Shown here: piece after piece, positions 1 through 9,241 of the stretch
Layout of the letters: each line of letters opens with the position of its first letter
How positions within the stretch are numbered: position 1 is the first letter of the stretch
Assembly (NCBI GenBank): GCA_963752175.1
Contig: CAVVXZ010000024.1
Span: 58,801-122,800 of the forward strand
Length of the DNA: 64,000 nucleotides
Direction of reading: 5' to 3'
Origin: an uncultured Acidobacteriaceae bacterium
GTDB lineage: Bacteria; Acidobacteriota; Terriglobia; Terriglobales; Acidobacteriaceae
Translations under genes and position numbers: made by a program
The notes under the pieces: model-generated
The model's input: the letters and a program-made list of their open reading frames with translations, nothing else
Databases searched by the model: none
Told to the model about the DNA's origin: nothing

Positions 1-1436
1 GCCTTATTCATCGACTCCTGAAATTCGCTTGCCGGGTCGGAATCCGCAACAATCCCCGCCCCCGCCTGCAGATAGGCCTTCTTGCCTTGCATCAACAGCG
101 TCCGGATGCCGATGCACGAATCCAGATTCCCCGCGAAGTCGGCATACAGCACCGACCCGCCGTAAATCCCGCGCCGCGTCGGCTCCAACTCCTCGATGAT
201 CTGCATCGCCCGCACCTTTGGAGCGCCGCTGAGCGTTCCCGCGGGAAAACACGCGGCGAAAGCGTCGAGCGCATCGAGATCCTTGCGCAGCGTACCTTCT
301 AACGCTGACACCAGATGCATCACGTGCGAGTAGCGCTCCACATACATCAAGTCCTTCACTTTGACCGAGCCATAATCGCTAACGCGTCCCAGGTCGTTGC
401 GCCCGAGGTCGACCAGCATCACGTGTTCTGCGCGCTCTTTTTCGTCGGTGCGCATCTTCTGTTCGAGCCGCAAATCTTCGGCTTCGTCGCGCCCACGCGG
501 ATGCGTGCCTGCGATTGGCCGGTACTCCAGCTTGCGTCCGGTGACTCGCACCAGCATTTCGGGAGACGATCCGAGAATGTGCGTTTCGCCGGACCGCAGA
601 AAATAAAGATAAGGCGACGGATTCACCTGCCGCAGCGCGCGGTACAAATCGAACGGCGCAACTTCAGGCGTAAAGTCGAGGCGCTGCGAGAGCACAACCT
701 GGAAGATGTCGCCCGCGGCAATATATTCTTTGCAGCGTTCCACTCCGCGCAGGAAGTTCTCGCGTCGCGTCCCTGCGTGCACCTTCAGTTTGCCCGCCTT
801 GGCCTTTGCTGGCTTGCGCCAAAACGCCGGGCTCAGTCCCGTGGCGAGTTTCCGCTCCAGCGCGGCGATGTCACGCAATGCGCGGTCATACGCGCGGCGC
901 GGACTCTCACGTTTAACGTCAGCGGCCGCCACAATGTGAATCTGATGCCGCAGGTGATCGAATGCCAGCAGGCGGTCAAAGAACATCAACTCAGCGTCCG
1001 GCAGCGCTAGATCATCCTTCGCGTGATCTCCAATTCTTTCCACTTGGCGAATGACGTCGTAAGCAAAATATCCGACAGCGCCCGCGGTAAACGGAGGCAG
1101 ACCCGGAACGCTGGCGGGGCGATGCTCCCGCAGCAATCTCTTCACGACCTGAAAAATATTGTCTTGCACCACTTCGCGCCGGCGTCCGTACTCAATTTCG
1201 ACATTCCCCTGCCGCGCAGTCACCCGCATGTAAGGCCGAGCGCCAAGAAACGTGTAGCGTCCAATCTGTTCGCCGCGCTCCACCGACTCCAGCAGGAACG
1301 CATGCGGTTCTTTATCGGCAATAGCGAGAAAAGCGGAGACCGGCGTGAGCAGGTCCGCACTCACGGATTTCACCACTGGAACGAGAGTAGCCTCTCTGGC
1401 CAACCGCGAGAACTCTTTGAAGTCGGGCTGCAGCAT
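1..1436 (-). CDS. trpE: anthranilate synthase component I; C-terminus runs off the left window edge
   Basis: Absent from the ORF track because no stop lies in the window. My minus-strand translation from the ATG (complement 1434-1436) gives MLQPDFKEFSRLAREATLVPV...LLESVERGEQIGRYTFLG...GTLSGAPKVRAMQIIEELEPTRRGIYGGSVLYADFAGNLDSCIGIRT...GGGIVADSDPASEFQESMNKA, the chorismate-binding TrpE signature. The plus-strand ORFs 315-1640 are antisense artefacts. Confidence 0.85.
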   Translation of the reverse strand, partial: MLQPDFKEFSRLAREATLVPVVKSVSADLLTPVSAFLAIADKEPHAFLLESVERGEQIGRYTFLGARPYMRVTARQGNVEIEYGRRREVVQDNIFQVVKRLLREHRPASVPGLPPFTAGAVGYFAYDVIRQVERIGDHAKDDLALPDAELMFFDRLLAFDHLRHQIHIVAAADVKRESPRRAYDRALRDIAALERKLATGLSPAFWRKPAKAKAGKLKVHAGTRRENFLRGVERCKEYIAAGDIFQVVLSQRLDFTPEVAPFDLYRALRQVNPSPYLYFLRSGETHILGSSPEMLVRVTGRKLEYRPIAGTHPRGRDEAEDLRLEQKMRTDEKERAEHVMLVDLGRNDLGRVSDYGSVKVKDLMYVERYSHVMHLVSALEGTLRKDLDALDAFAACFPAGTLSGAPKVRAMQIIEELEPTRRGIYGGSVLYADFAGNLDSCIGIRTLLMQGKKAYLQAGAGIVADSDPASEFQESMNK

Positions 1437-1512
1437 CGTTTGAAAGCCAATCGCCACTTCGGCGGGTTTTTTATTATAGGCGACGCGCGCGGGCTGCGAC
1501 GCCAGGACACAA

Positions 1513-1595
1513 ATCATCAACCACGAAGGATCACCAAGGAAATTCATGTGCGCGCATTTCCTTCGTGTACCTTCGTGTCCTTTGTGGTTGATGAT
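1513..1595. repeat. family A intergenic element (tandem CACGAAGGA-type sub-repeats folded as a hairpin)
   Basis: Left arm ATCATCAACCACGAAGGATCACCAAGGAAA and right arm TTTCCTTCGTGTACCTTCGTGTCCTTTGTGGTTGATGAT are reverse complements, apart from one extra sub-repeat. Related copies lie at 37934, 46641, 56049 and 57699. Confidence 0.8.
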
Positions 1596-1653
1596 TTTTC
1601 TCGTCGCGCCAAACTGATTGCGTGCGGCGGTCACCTGTGATGCAATCACTGCC

Positions 1654-3168
1654 ATGAATCGCCGAAGCTTTATTCGCCTCTCGGCCGCCGCTTCTGCCGC
1701 TGTTTTCTACAGACCCGCCAGTTTTGCGGAGACCGACCCCAGCCCGGCGATCCGGCTGACGCTTCGCGCCGACCGGCTCGGCATCAAGATCGGCGAAGAC
1801 TTCACCGGACTGAGCTACGAATCCGCGCAGCTCGGCAATCCCCATTTCTTCTCGGGCGCAAATACCGAACTGGTGGGCTTTATGCGGCGGTTGGGAACGT
1901 CCGGAGTTCTACGGATCGGCGGCAACACCAGCGAGTATTGCTATTGGACTCCGGATCCCACCAAGCAGACGAACCGGCAAAATACAGAAAGCATGCGGAC
2001 CGGCGACAAGGCAAATCCCGTCGCCTTTGGACTCGCGGTCGGTCCCGATACCGGCAAGAAGGCTCCTGCGCCCGTCAATATAACGCCCCAAGCGATCGGC
2101 AATTTACGCGAGTTTCTAGACGCCTGCGGCTGGAAGCTGATCTACGGCCTGAACATGGGCACCGGCACCGCGGAAGACGCCGCGGATGAGGCTGCCCGCG
2201 TGATGGATGCGGCCGGCTCGAAGCTGATCGCATTCCAACTCTGCAACGAACCTGATCTTTTCTTTCGCAACGGAATTCGTAAGGCCGACTACGATTTCAA
2301 ACAGTTTGCCCTCGAATGGCAGCATTTTTTCCAGACGATCCGCGCGCGTCTTCCAAGAGCACCCTTTGCCGGACCGGACACCGCATACAACAACGAGTGG
2401 CTCGTTCCCTTCGCAAAGCAGTTCAAGCATGAGGCTGTGTTTCTTTCGCAACACTATTACGCGGAGGGTCCGCCGACCGACCCCTCCATGACAATTGAGC
2501 GACTGCTCCGGCCAAATCCCAAGCTGCAAGACGAGCTCGAAGGCATGAAGGCCACCATGCAGGAATCGGGCCTGCCTTTCCGGCTGGCGGAAACGAACTC
2601 CTGCTACCAGGGAGGCAAGCAAGGGGTGAGCGACACTTTCGCCTCGGCTCTCTGGGGTGCCGACCTCATGTATCAGCTCGCCACAGCCGGTGGTACGGGC
2701 ATCAACTTTCACGGCGGCGGTTATGGCTGGTACACCCCGATTGCGGGCACGCAGGAAAATGGATTTCTGGCCAGGCCCATTTATTACGGCATGTTGCTGT
2801 TTGCGCAGGCTGGTGCAGGACTGTTAGTAGAAAGCCGACTCGATCATCCGGAACTAGCGCCCCTGCTAACGGCATACGGTCTCCGCAGCAATACAGGAGC
2901 AGTCAAGGTAGCGGCGTTTAACAAGAACCTGGACCGCAGCGTGCGCCTCACCATAGATCCAGGACAGCGAGCAAAGCGCGTAACCGCGCTGCGTCTGCAT
3001 GCTCCGCGAGTGGACGACACCACCGACACGACCTTCGGCGGAGCGCCAGTCGGCGCTGGCGGCGCATGGTCGGCTGCACGCGAAGAAACGCTGCCTCTTG
3101 AAAACGGAGCTGCGGCCCTCGACCTTCCGGCCGCGAGCGCGGCCTTGGTCACGTTCGAAAGCGAATGA
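1654..3168 (+). CDS. glycoside hydrolase family 79 (beta-glucuronidase/heparanase-like), Tat/Sec-exported
   Basis: ORF 1618-3168. The likely start is MNRRSFIRLSAAASAAV (twin-arginine-like signal). Motifs seen: LRIGGNTSEYCYW, CNEPDLF (acid/base Glu context) and AETNSCYQGG (nucleophile Glu context). Confidence 0.7.
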   Translation: MNRRSFIRLSAAASAAVFYRPASFAETDPSPAIRLTLRADRLGIKIGEDFTGLSYESAQLGNPHFFSGANTELVGFMRRLGTSGVLRIGGNTSEYCYWTPDPTKQTNRQNTESMRTGDKANPVAFGLAVGPDTGKKAPAPVNITPQAIGNLREFLDACGWKLIYGLNMGTGTAEDAADEAARVMDAAGSKLIAFQLCNEPDLFFRNGIRKADYDFKQFALEWQHFFQTIRARLPRAPFAGPDTAYNNEWLVPFAKQFKHEAVFLSQHYYAEGPPTDPSMTIERLLRPNPKLQDELEGMKATMQESGLPFRLAETNSCYQGGKQGVSDTFASALWGADLMYQLATAGGTGINFHGGGYGWYTPIAGTQENGFLARPIYYGMLLFAQAGAGLLVESRLDHPELAPLLTAYGLRSNTGAVKVAAFNKNLDRSVRLTIDPGQRAKRVTALRLHAPRVDDTTDTTFGGAPVGAGGAWSAAREETLPLENGAAALDLPAASAALVTFESE

Positions 3169-3301
3169 TGTCACCCTCGTCGTGTTCAGCGGGTTTCGGT
3201 AAATAGACGCATCATATGGCCAACGATTGCAGGGATCCATCGTCAATCAACTGGAATGAGCGAGTTCCCGTCGATGGGTACTCGGCACCTGGAGCAGAAT
3301 C

Positions 3302-4532
3302 ATGAGCGCGACCGTCGCCGTCACTCCCATCGCCGCTGAGACCGCCTCGAAATCCCGCATCGCATCCATCGACCTGATCCGTGGCGCGGTCATGATCCTG
3401 ATGGCCATCGATCACGTGCGCGTCTATTCCGGGATCCCAGCCGGCGGCCCCAGGGCCGGAGTCTTCTTCACTCGCTGGATCACCCACTTCTGCGCGCCCG
3501 CCTTCATCTTCCTGGCCGGCACCAGTATCTTCCTCTACGCCCGCAAGCACGACCATGTGTCACGGTATCTGCTGATCCGGGGCGCGTGGCTCATCCTGCT
3601 CGAATTCACATTTCTGCGCCTCGCCTGGACCTTCAATCTTCGACTTTCGCCATTACGAGATGGCCGGTGTCATCTGGGTGATTGGAATCGGCATGATTCT
3701 GATGGCTGGACTGATAAGACTGCCGCTGGCTGCGGTCGGAACGATTGGCGTGGTCATCATCGGCGCCCACAACCTGATGGATCCACACATGCGCGCACTC
3801 CTGGAAGGCCTCGATCAAAACCCGCTCTCGGGTCTTTGGAAAATCATGTACGTAGGATTCTTCGCCGGGCCGATCCAGTTTGGCTCCGATGGACCCAACC
3901 TGATCGTGCTGTATTCCATCATTCCGTGGATCGGCGTCATGGCGGCGGGTTACGCGTTTGGAAAAATCCTGACGTTCGAGCCCGCGCGCAGAAGGCAGCT
4001 GTGCCTGACGATCGGACTCACTGCCATCGGACTCTTTCTCGTCCTACGCGGATTCAACTGGTACGGAGATCCGCGCCCCTGGCATGCCGCCGTTGCAGGC
4101 CGGAACGGTCAACCGCCAATGCCAAGTTTGTTTGCCTTCCTGAACACTACCAAGTACCCGGCTTCCCTCGATTTTCTTTTGATGACGCTGGGCCCGATCA
4201 TCGCCCTGATCCCCTTACTCGAGAACCTCCGCGGAACCATATCCCGGGCAATTTCCCTCTTCGGGCGTGTTCCATTCTTCTTCTACATGCTTCACATCCC
4301 CCTGATCCACGCGATCGCTCTGGTTGTGTCGAAGGTTCGGCTCGGCTTTGTTAGCCCGTGGCTGTTCGCCAACCACCCCATGGGCAATCCCGAGCCACCC
4401 GACAGCTACATGTGGAGCCTTCCCCTTCTTTACCTGGTCTGGGCAATCACCATCGTGCTGCTCTATTTCGCGTGCCGCTGGTTTGCCGCCCTCAAACTGA
4501 GGAGGAACGACTGGTGGCTCCAATACCTGTAG
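3302..4532 (+). pseudogene. DUF1624 / heparan-alpha-glucosaminide N-acetyltransferase-like (HGSNAT-like) membrane acyltransferase, interrupted by a 1-nt frameshift near 3638
   Basis: ORF 3302-4354 has a good N-terminus (IDLIRGAVMILMAIDHVRVY...FLRLAWTFN) and then degenerates into Arg/Pro-rich nonsense. ORF 3660-4532 in the next frame carries the rest of the family (MAGVIWVIGIGMILMAG...FFFYMLHIPLIH...). Removing the C at 3638 joins them as WTFN-FDFRHYEMAGVIWV. This could be a real pseudogene or an assembly error. Confidence 0.65.
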
Positions 4533-4754
4533 CGCAATCGGCTTATTTCGCGCCCAGCCGCGAAACTTTAGTCACTTGTTACCCTCTGGACAATCGCTAG
4601 AATCGTGAGTATCCCGAGTATTATGAACATCTTGGGTCTCCGGCAAAATCGCGCGTTGCTCTCCGCTCGGAAAACCAACTGAGCGGACCAGCAATCGAAT
4701 TGACGGGAACACCCTTGCGGTCGAAGATTACGGACTAAGCGAACATCAGAGTTT

Positions 4755-5576
4755 ATGCGAGTTAAGTTTTGGGGCGTACGCGGTTCCACGCCCACTCCAC
4801 AGGCCGAGAATCTGCGCTACGGAGGCAACACCTCCTGCGTCGAAGTGCGCGTCGGAGATGAGATCTATATCTTCGACTGCGGCACCGGATTCCGCGTGCT
4901 GGGACACGAACTGAAGCGCGAGTTTGGCGACCGTCCCTTCGCCGCCCACGTTTTCGTTTCACACTTCCATTGGGACCACATCCAGGGCATGCCTTTTTTC
5001 CGCCCGCTCTACGAAAATCCCAATAGCCAGCTCGTCTTTCACTCGTCCAGCCGCACCCGCGGACTCGAGCAGGTGATGGCCGAGCAGATGGCGTCGCCTT
5101 ACTTTCCCGTCAACCTCGATCAGATGACCGGGAAGCGCGACTTTTGCAACATCGACAATGGATGCCTGCCCATGGCCGACGGCACGCGCATCAAGACCGC
5201 TTGGTTGAATCATCCGCAGGGATGCATGGGATTCCGCCTGGAGACCAAAGAAGGTGTAGTGGTTTACGCCACCGACAATGAGCCCGGCGATCCGAACTTC
5301 GATAAGGCAGTGCGCAAGCTCGCCGATGGCGCCGACATCCTTATCTACGATGCGCAGTATCTTCCAGAAGAATACGAAGCACGACGCCGCGGCTGGGGAC
5401 ACAGTCACTGGCGCGAGGCTGTCAATGTGGTCATGGAAAGCGGCGCCAAGGAATTGGTCCTCTACCATCACGACCCCGACCACACCGACTCCGTGATCGA
5501 CACTGTCGTCGCGAATGCCCGCGACTACTATCCCAAAGTGCGGGCCGCCGCCGAAGGCATGGAAATCGAGCTGTAG
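4755..5576 (+). CDS. MBL-fold metallo-hydrolase
   Basis: 273-aa ORF with a VSHFHWDHIQG metal-binding motif and a typical beta-lactamase-fold N-terminus (KFWGVRGSTPTP...GGNTSCV). Confidence 0.8.
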   Translation: MRVKFWGVRGSTPTPQAENLRYGGNTSCVEVRVGDEIYIFDCGTGFRVLGHELKREFGDRPFAAHVFVSHFHWDHIQGMPFFRPLYENPNSQLVFHSSSRTRGLEQVMAEQMASPYFPVNLDQMTGKRDFCNIDNGCLPMADGTRIKTAWLNHPQGCMGFRLETKEGVVVYATDNEPGDPNFDKAVRKLADGADILIYDAQYLPEEYEARRRGWGHSHWREAVNVVMESGAKELVLYHHDPDHTDSVIDTVVANARDYYPKVRAAAEGMEIEL

Positions 5577-5584
5577 CTGCCGGA

Positions 5585-6055
5585 CTATCCCTTTCCTAAG
5601 AATCTTCCGACCAAAGCTGCGCAAGCTTCGACAAATTCCCGCTCTGCGAGATCGAACGTATTGGCGAAGTAGCTCTCGATGTCGAGTTCTGCCGCCAGCT
5701 TTCCTTTCACGAAAATCGGCACCACGACTTCGCTGTTCACCATGGACGACCCCGCAAGATAGCGGGGATCTTTGCTGACATCCTGTACGACTACGGTCTG
5801 CCCGGTGGTGGCGGCCGCGCCGCAGAGTCCGGTGTTGAGCGGAATGCGCACGTTCGGCGTGAAGCTGCCCACGTACGGGCCCACCACCAGAAACCCGGCA
5901 TCCGCAGGATCGATCAGGTAGAACCCCACCCAGTTGTAGCGCGTCATTTTTTCATGCAGACGTTGCGCCATGTGATCCATCAGGGACTCCGCAGTGGCGG
6001 CGCTCTTGGCCGAGTTCCGGAATTCAACCAGAAGTTCTTCGTGCACAGGAGTCAT
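5585..6055 (-). CDS. GAF domain protein (free Met-R-sulfoxide reductase / YebR-like)
   Basis: ORF 5585-6232 trimmed to the internal MTPVHEELL start (cat at 6053-6055). Motifs: YNWVGFYL...LVVGPYVG...IPLNTGLCGAAA...VVVQDV...DPRYLA...SEVVVPI. Confidence 0.75.
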   Translation of the reverse strand: MTPVHEELLVEFRNSAKSAATAESLMDHMAQRLHEKMTRYNWVGFYLIDPADAGFLVVGPYVGSFTPNVRIPLNTGLCGAAATTGQTVVVQDVSKDPRYLAGSSMVNSEVVVPIFVKGKLAAELDIESYFANTFDLAEREFVEACAALVGRFLGKG

Positions 6056-6276
6056 GATTTTGGCTCTTTCATCCTTGCCCTCAGAATATGCCAGCCCCGT
6101 TGGCAAGTCGGGGGTTAATTCGGAAGTTGAACCATCAATGTACCGTCCCGCCAGCTTGCTTCCCGGCCTTCGGCCCTCATATACTCGGAACGTTTGCCCG
6201 CTCCGTGGGAATGCTCTCGGCGCCGGCGGCATTTATCTGCAGATCCCGACCTGCCCTCATTCCGGAGACCACTTCT

Positions 6277-7554
6277 ATGACGACGATAGCGACGCCCCCG
6301 CACGTGGATAAAGAAAGCAATCCCTGGGAATCCCAGCGGGCGCGTTTTGACTTGGCGGCCCAGAAGCTCAACCTTGATGAGGGCTTGTGGCGCGTTCTGC
6401 GCTATCCCAACCGGGAGCTCACCGTCTACATCCCCGTGCAAATGGACGACGGCCACCTCGAAGTCTTCACCGGCTTCCGCGTGCAGCATTCCATCGCGCG
6501 CGGACCGGCTAAGGGGGGCATTCGCTACGCGCCCGACGTCACCCTCGACGAAGTTCGCGCGCTGGCCAGCTGGATGACCTGGAAGTGCGCCGTGGTCAAC
6601 ATTCCCTTCGGCGGCGCCAAGGGCGGCGTGATCTGCGACCCGCACAAAATGTCGATGGGCGAGGTCGAGCGGATGACCCGCCGCTACACCTCGGAGCTGA
6701 TTGAATTCATCGGCCCTGAAAAAGACGTGCCCGCCCCTGACGTCAACACCAACGAACAAATCATGGCATGGATGATGGACACCTACTCCATGCATATGCG
6801 CCAGACGGTTACGGCCGTCGTCACCGGCAAGCCGATCAACATCGGTGGCTCCCGGGGACGCCGCGAAGCCACCGGCCGCGGCGTGATGATCGTGTGCGAT
6901 GAAGCCTGCCAGAAGCTTGGCCTGCCTCGCGAAAGCACACGCGTAATCGTGCAGGGCTTCGGCAATGTCGGCTCCAATGCCGCTCTGCTGATGCATCAGG
7001 CAGGGTACAAGGTGATCGGCATTGGCGAAGTCGGCGGCGGATTGCACAACCAGAACGGGATCGACCTGAAGGCTCTCGTTGACTTCCGCCAGAAGAACGG
7101 CACTATCCATGGATTCCCCGGCGCGGAAAAAGCCGAGACCTCCGATTTACTCGTCGAAGACTGCGAAATTCTGATTCCCGCAGCCACCGAGAACGTGATC
7201 ACCAGCCGCAATGCCGACCGCGTCAAGTGCCGCGTCTTGGCCGAGGGCGCGAACGGCCCAACAACCTCTGCCGCAGACGATATCCTCACGGACAAAGGCG
7301 TCTTCGTCATTCCCGACATCCTGGCCAACGCCGGCGGTGTCACCACTTCGTACTTCGAGTGGGTACAGGACCGCCAGGGCTACTTCTGGAAAGAATCCGT
7401 TGTCAACGAACAGCTCGACGCCATCATGAAGTCGTCGTTCGAAGATGTCGTCCGTTACGCCGAGACTCACCACGTCAACAATCGTATCGCCGCTTATATG
7501 CTGGCGATCGACCGCGTGGCCTACACCATCCGCCAGCGCGGCATTTATGCATAG
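6277..7554 (+). CDS. gdhA: NAD(P)-specific glutamate dehydrogenase
   Basis: ORF 6088-7554 trimmed to [10 protein letters not shown] (ATG at 6277). Motifs: [24 protein letters not shown]. Confidence 0.9.
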   Translation: MTTIATPPHVDKESNPWESQRARFDLAAQKLNLDEGLWRVLRYPNRELTVYIPVQMDDGHLEVFTGFRVQHSIARGPAKGGIRYAPDVTLDEVRALASWMTWKCAVVNIPFGGAKGGVICDPHKMSMGEVERMTRRYTSELIEFIGPEKDVPAPDVNTNEQIMAWMMDTYSMHMRQTVTAVVTGKPINIGGSRGRREATGRGVMIVCDEACQKLGLPRESTRVIVQGFGNVGSNAALLMHQAGYKVIGIGEVGGGLHNQNGIDLKALVDFRQKNGTIHGFPGAEKAETSDLLVEDCEILIPAATENVITSRNADRVKCRVLAEGANGPTTSAADDILTDKGVFVIPDILANAGGVTTSYFEWVQDRQGYFWKESVVNEQLDAIMKSSFEDVVRYAETHHVNNRIAAYMLAIDRVAYTIRQRGIYA

Positions 7555-7568
7555 CCAAGTTCGTGACC

Positions 7569-7605
7569 AATGGCCTCCACTCCGGTGGAGGCCATTTTCA
7601 TTTTT
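7569..7605 (+). terminator. intrinsic terminator after gdhA
   Basis: Perfect 12-bp stem AATGGCCTCCAC/GTGGAGGCCATT with loop TCCG, followed by TTCATTTTT. Confidence 0.85.
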
Positions 7606-7748
7606 CGGCTTGACCATTCCGCCGAGGCTTGCCATCATGGCTCACCGCACGTGCTTTCGGGTCCCGGCGCACGCTCATGCGCCATTGGACATTCTGGCCA
7701 ACATCGCGAGGTCGTCAGCCTCGCACTACAACTCTTAGGAGAAACCCT

Positions 7749-8678
7749 GTGAAGAGACACATCGCACGATCCACGTGGTGCGTATCGTCGTGCCTTTTTC
7801 TGGCAGTCTGCATAACCACAAGTTGGGCACAGTCTCAGACCGGTTCCAGCAGCGATCAGCCTGCGACGACCACGACCAAGAAATCGACGAAGCCCAAGAA
7901 GACAAATGCTTCCGCGACCGACACTTCGGCAGCGTCTGCATCGACCAAGAGCACCTCGTCGGACAAGAGCGGCTCGACCAAGAGCACTTCGACCAAGAGT
8001 AAGAAGTCCGCGGCTGCCTCCGACACATCTTCAAGTCCAGCTGCCGCCGACGCTTCTACCGGCACGAAGTCGTCCAAGAAAACCAAGAAGGCCGACTCGA
8101 CCGCATCCGCCCCCGCCGCTGCATCTGCTCCCGCTGCAAGTTCAACGGCCGCGCCGGCCGCGGACGCTTCCGCGAGCAAGAAGACATCGTCGAAGAAAAG
8201 CAAGTCTGCGGAGGCCTCCGCTCCAGCCGCTGCACCTGCTCCCGCGGCAAGTTCAACGGCAGCGCCTGCCGCAGACGCTACTGCGAGCAAGAAGTCGTCA
8301 TCGAAGAAAAGCACGGCCGCAGCGGCGGCCGCTCCCGCCTCTGCACCTGCTTCTGCTCCCGCAAGTTCAACGGCGGCACCTGCGGCGGCTTCAACTCCGG
8401 CCGCAAAACCGGCACCCGCTGCGAGCCCGGCCGCCCCCGCATCCAGCGCGGCACCCGCCGCATCTCCTGCCAAGAAAACCGCCACTAGGGCCGCCCCGAC
8501 GGCCTCCGTTTCCGATGCAGACATTGCGGCTGCCAAGTCCTCGGGCAAAGTCTGGGTCAATACCGACAGCAAGGTCTACCACAAGAGTGGACGTTGGTAT
8601 GGCAAAACGAAGAGCGGCCAATTCATGACGGAAGACGAAGCCAAAGCCGCCGGATACAAGGCATCTCAGAGCGACTAA
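7749..8678 (+). CDS. secreted Ser/Ala/Thr/Lys-rich intrinsically disordered protein with a conserved basic C-terminal motif
   Basis: ORF 7629-8678. The likely start is the GTG at 7749, six nt after AGGAGA. Signal peptide KRHIARSTWCVSSCLFLAVCITTSWAQ is followed by about 250 aa of S/A/T/K/P low complexity. The C-terminus is VWVNTDSKVYHKSGRWYGKTKSGQFMTEDEAKAAGYKASQSD. Confidence 0.7.
   Translation: MKRHIARSTWCVSSCLFLAVCITTSWAQSQTGSSSDQPATTTTKKSTKPKKTNASATDTSAASASTKSTSSDKSGSTKSTSTKSKKSAAASDTSSSPAAADASTGTKSSKKTKKADSTASAPAAASAPAASSTAAPAADASASKKTSSKKSKSAEASAPAAAPAPAASSTAAPAADATASKKSSSKKSTAAAAAAPASAPASAPASSTAAPAAASTPAAKPAPAASPAAPASSAAPAASPAKKTATRAAPTASVSDADIAAAKSSGKVWVNTDSKVYHKSGRWYGKTKSGQFMTEDEAKAAGYKASQSD
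8115..8390 (+). repeat. about 111-nt (37-codon) tandem repeat, roughly 2.5 copies, inside the CDS
   Basis: GCCGCTGCATCTGCTCCCGCTGCAAGTTCAACGGCC...AGCAAGAAGACATCGTCGAAGAAAAGC starts at 8115. It recurs at 8226 as GCCGCTGCACCTGCTCCCGCGGCAAGTTCAACGGCA...AGCAAGAAGTCGTCATCGAAGAAAAGC, and partially from about 8343. Confidence 0.8.
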
Positions 8679-8702
8679 TTCAATCCTTAAGGAGAGAAAC
8701 CA

Positions 8703-9026
8703 ATGACTGGTAAGAATCGAATCACACGCATTCTCATTACAATAGTTGCCGTCACCCTGCTCAGTTCACTGAGCACAGCCCGGGCCGCCGCGCCGCAAGC
8801 GAGCACCAAGGCCCCAGCCGCAACGACTTCCACCGGCGACCTGCTCGACATCAACAGCGCTACTAAGGATCAACTCGACGCCCTACCCGGTATTGGCGCA
8901 GCCTACTCTCAGAAGATCATCGACGGCCGCCCCTATAAAGCCAAGACGGACCTGGTGAAGAAGAAGATTATTCCCCAGGCCACCTACAACAAAATCAAAG
9001 ACATGATCATCGCGAAGCAGAAGTAA
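8703..9026 (+). CDS. ComEA-like helix-hairpin-helix DNA-binding protein, exported
   Basis: 107 aa with an N-terminal signal/anchor, then [32 protein letters not shown] (HhH motif). GGAGAG lies upstream of the ATG. Confidence 0.8.
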   Translation: MTGKNRITRILITIVAVTLLSSLSTARAAAPQASTKAPAATTSTGDLLDINSATKDQLDALPGIGAAYSQKIIDGRPYKAKTDLVKKKIIPQATYNKIKDMIIAKQK

Positions 9027-9037
9027 CCTTCAATCGG

Positions 9038-9077
9038 GCTGGCGCCTGCAATGCCGGACGCCAGCCATTCTCTTTCC
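9038..9077 (+). terminator. possible intrinsic terminator after the ComEA-like gene
   Basis: Stem GCTGGCG/CGCCAGC with a 14-nt loop, then CATTCTCTTTCC. The tail is pyrimidine-rich but not a clean U-run. Confidence 0.4.
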
Positions 9078-9241
9078 CTCGATCAAAGACCGGCACGAAC
9101 CGATGAACTTCCGAGCTTTGCTGGACAACGACGTGACTCTAGTCTCTGTCCAACTTTCATTTCCGCCTTGATTGCGTTCCCTCTCTCGGTGGAGCATAAT
9201 CAAACTGGATTCCGACTGGCCTCCGGACCCAACCCAGTAGT

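Noticed and set aside
315-1640. Plus-strand ORFs 315-1010 and 1023-1640 (231 and 205 aa)
   Set aside because: They lie antisense to a clearly recognisable trpE frame, and their products are Arg/His/Pro-rich nonsense.
6115-7110. 331-aa minus-strand ORF
   Set aside because: Antisense to gdhA. It is a typical stop-free shadow frame of a high-GC gene with no protein-like motifs.
7856-8628. ORFs 7856-8572 (minus) and 7906-8628 (plus, Pro/Arg-rich) inside the low-complexity gene
   Set aside because: They are alternative frames of a repetitive GC-rich region. Only the 7749-8678 frame has a signal peptide, an RBS and the conserved C-terminal motif.
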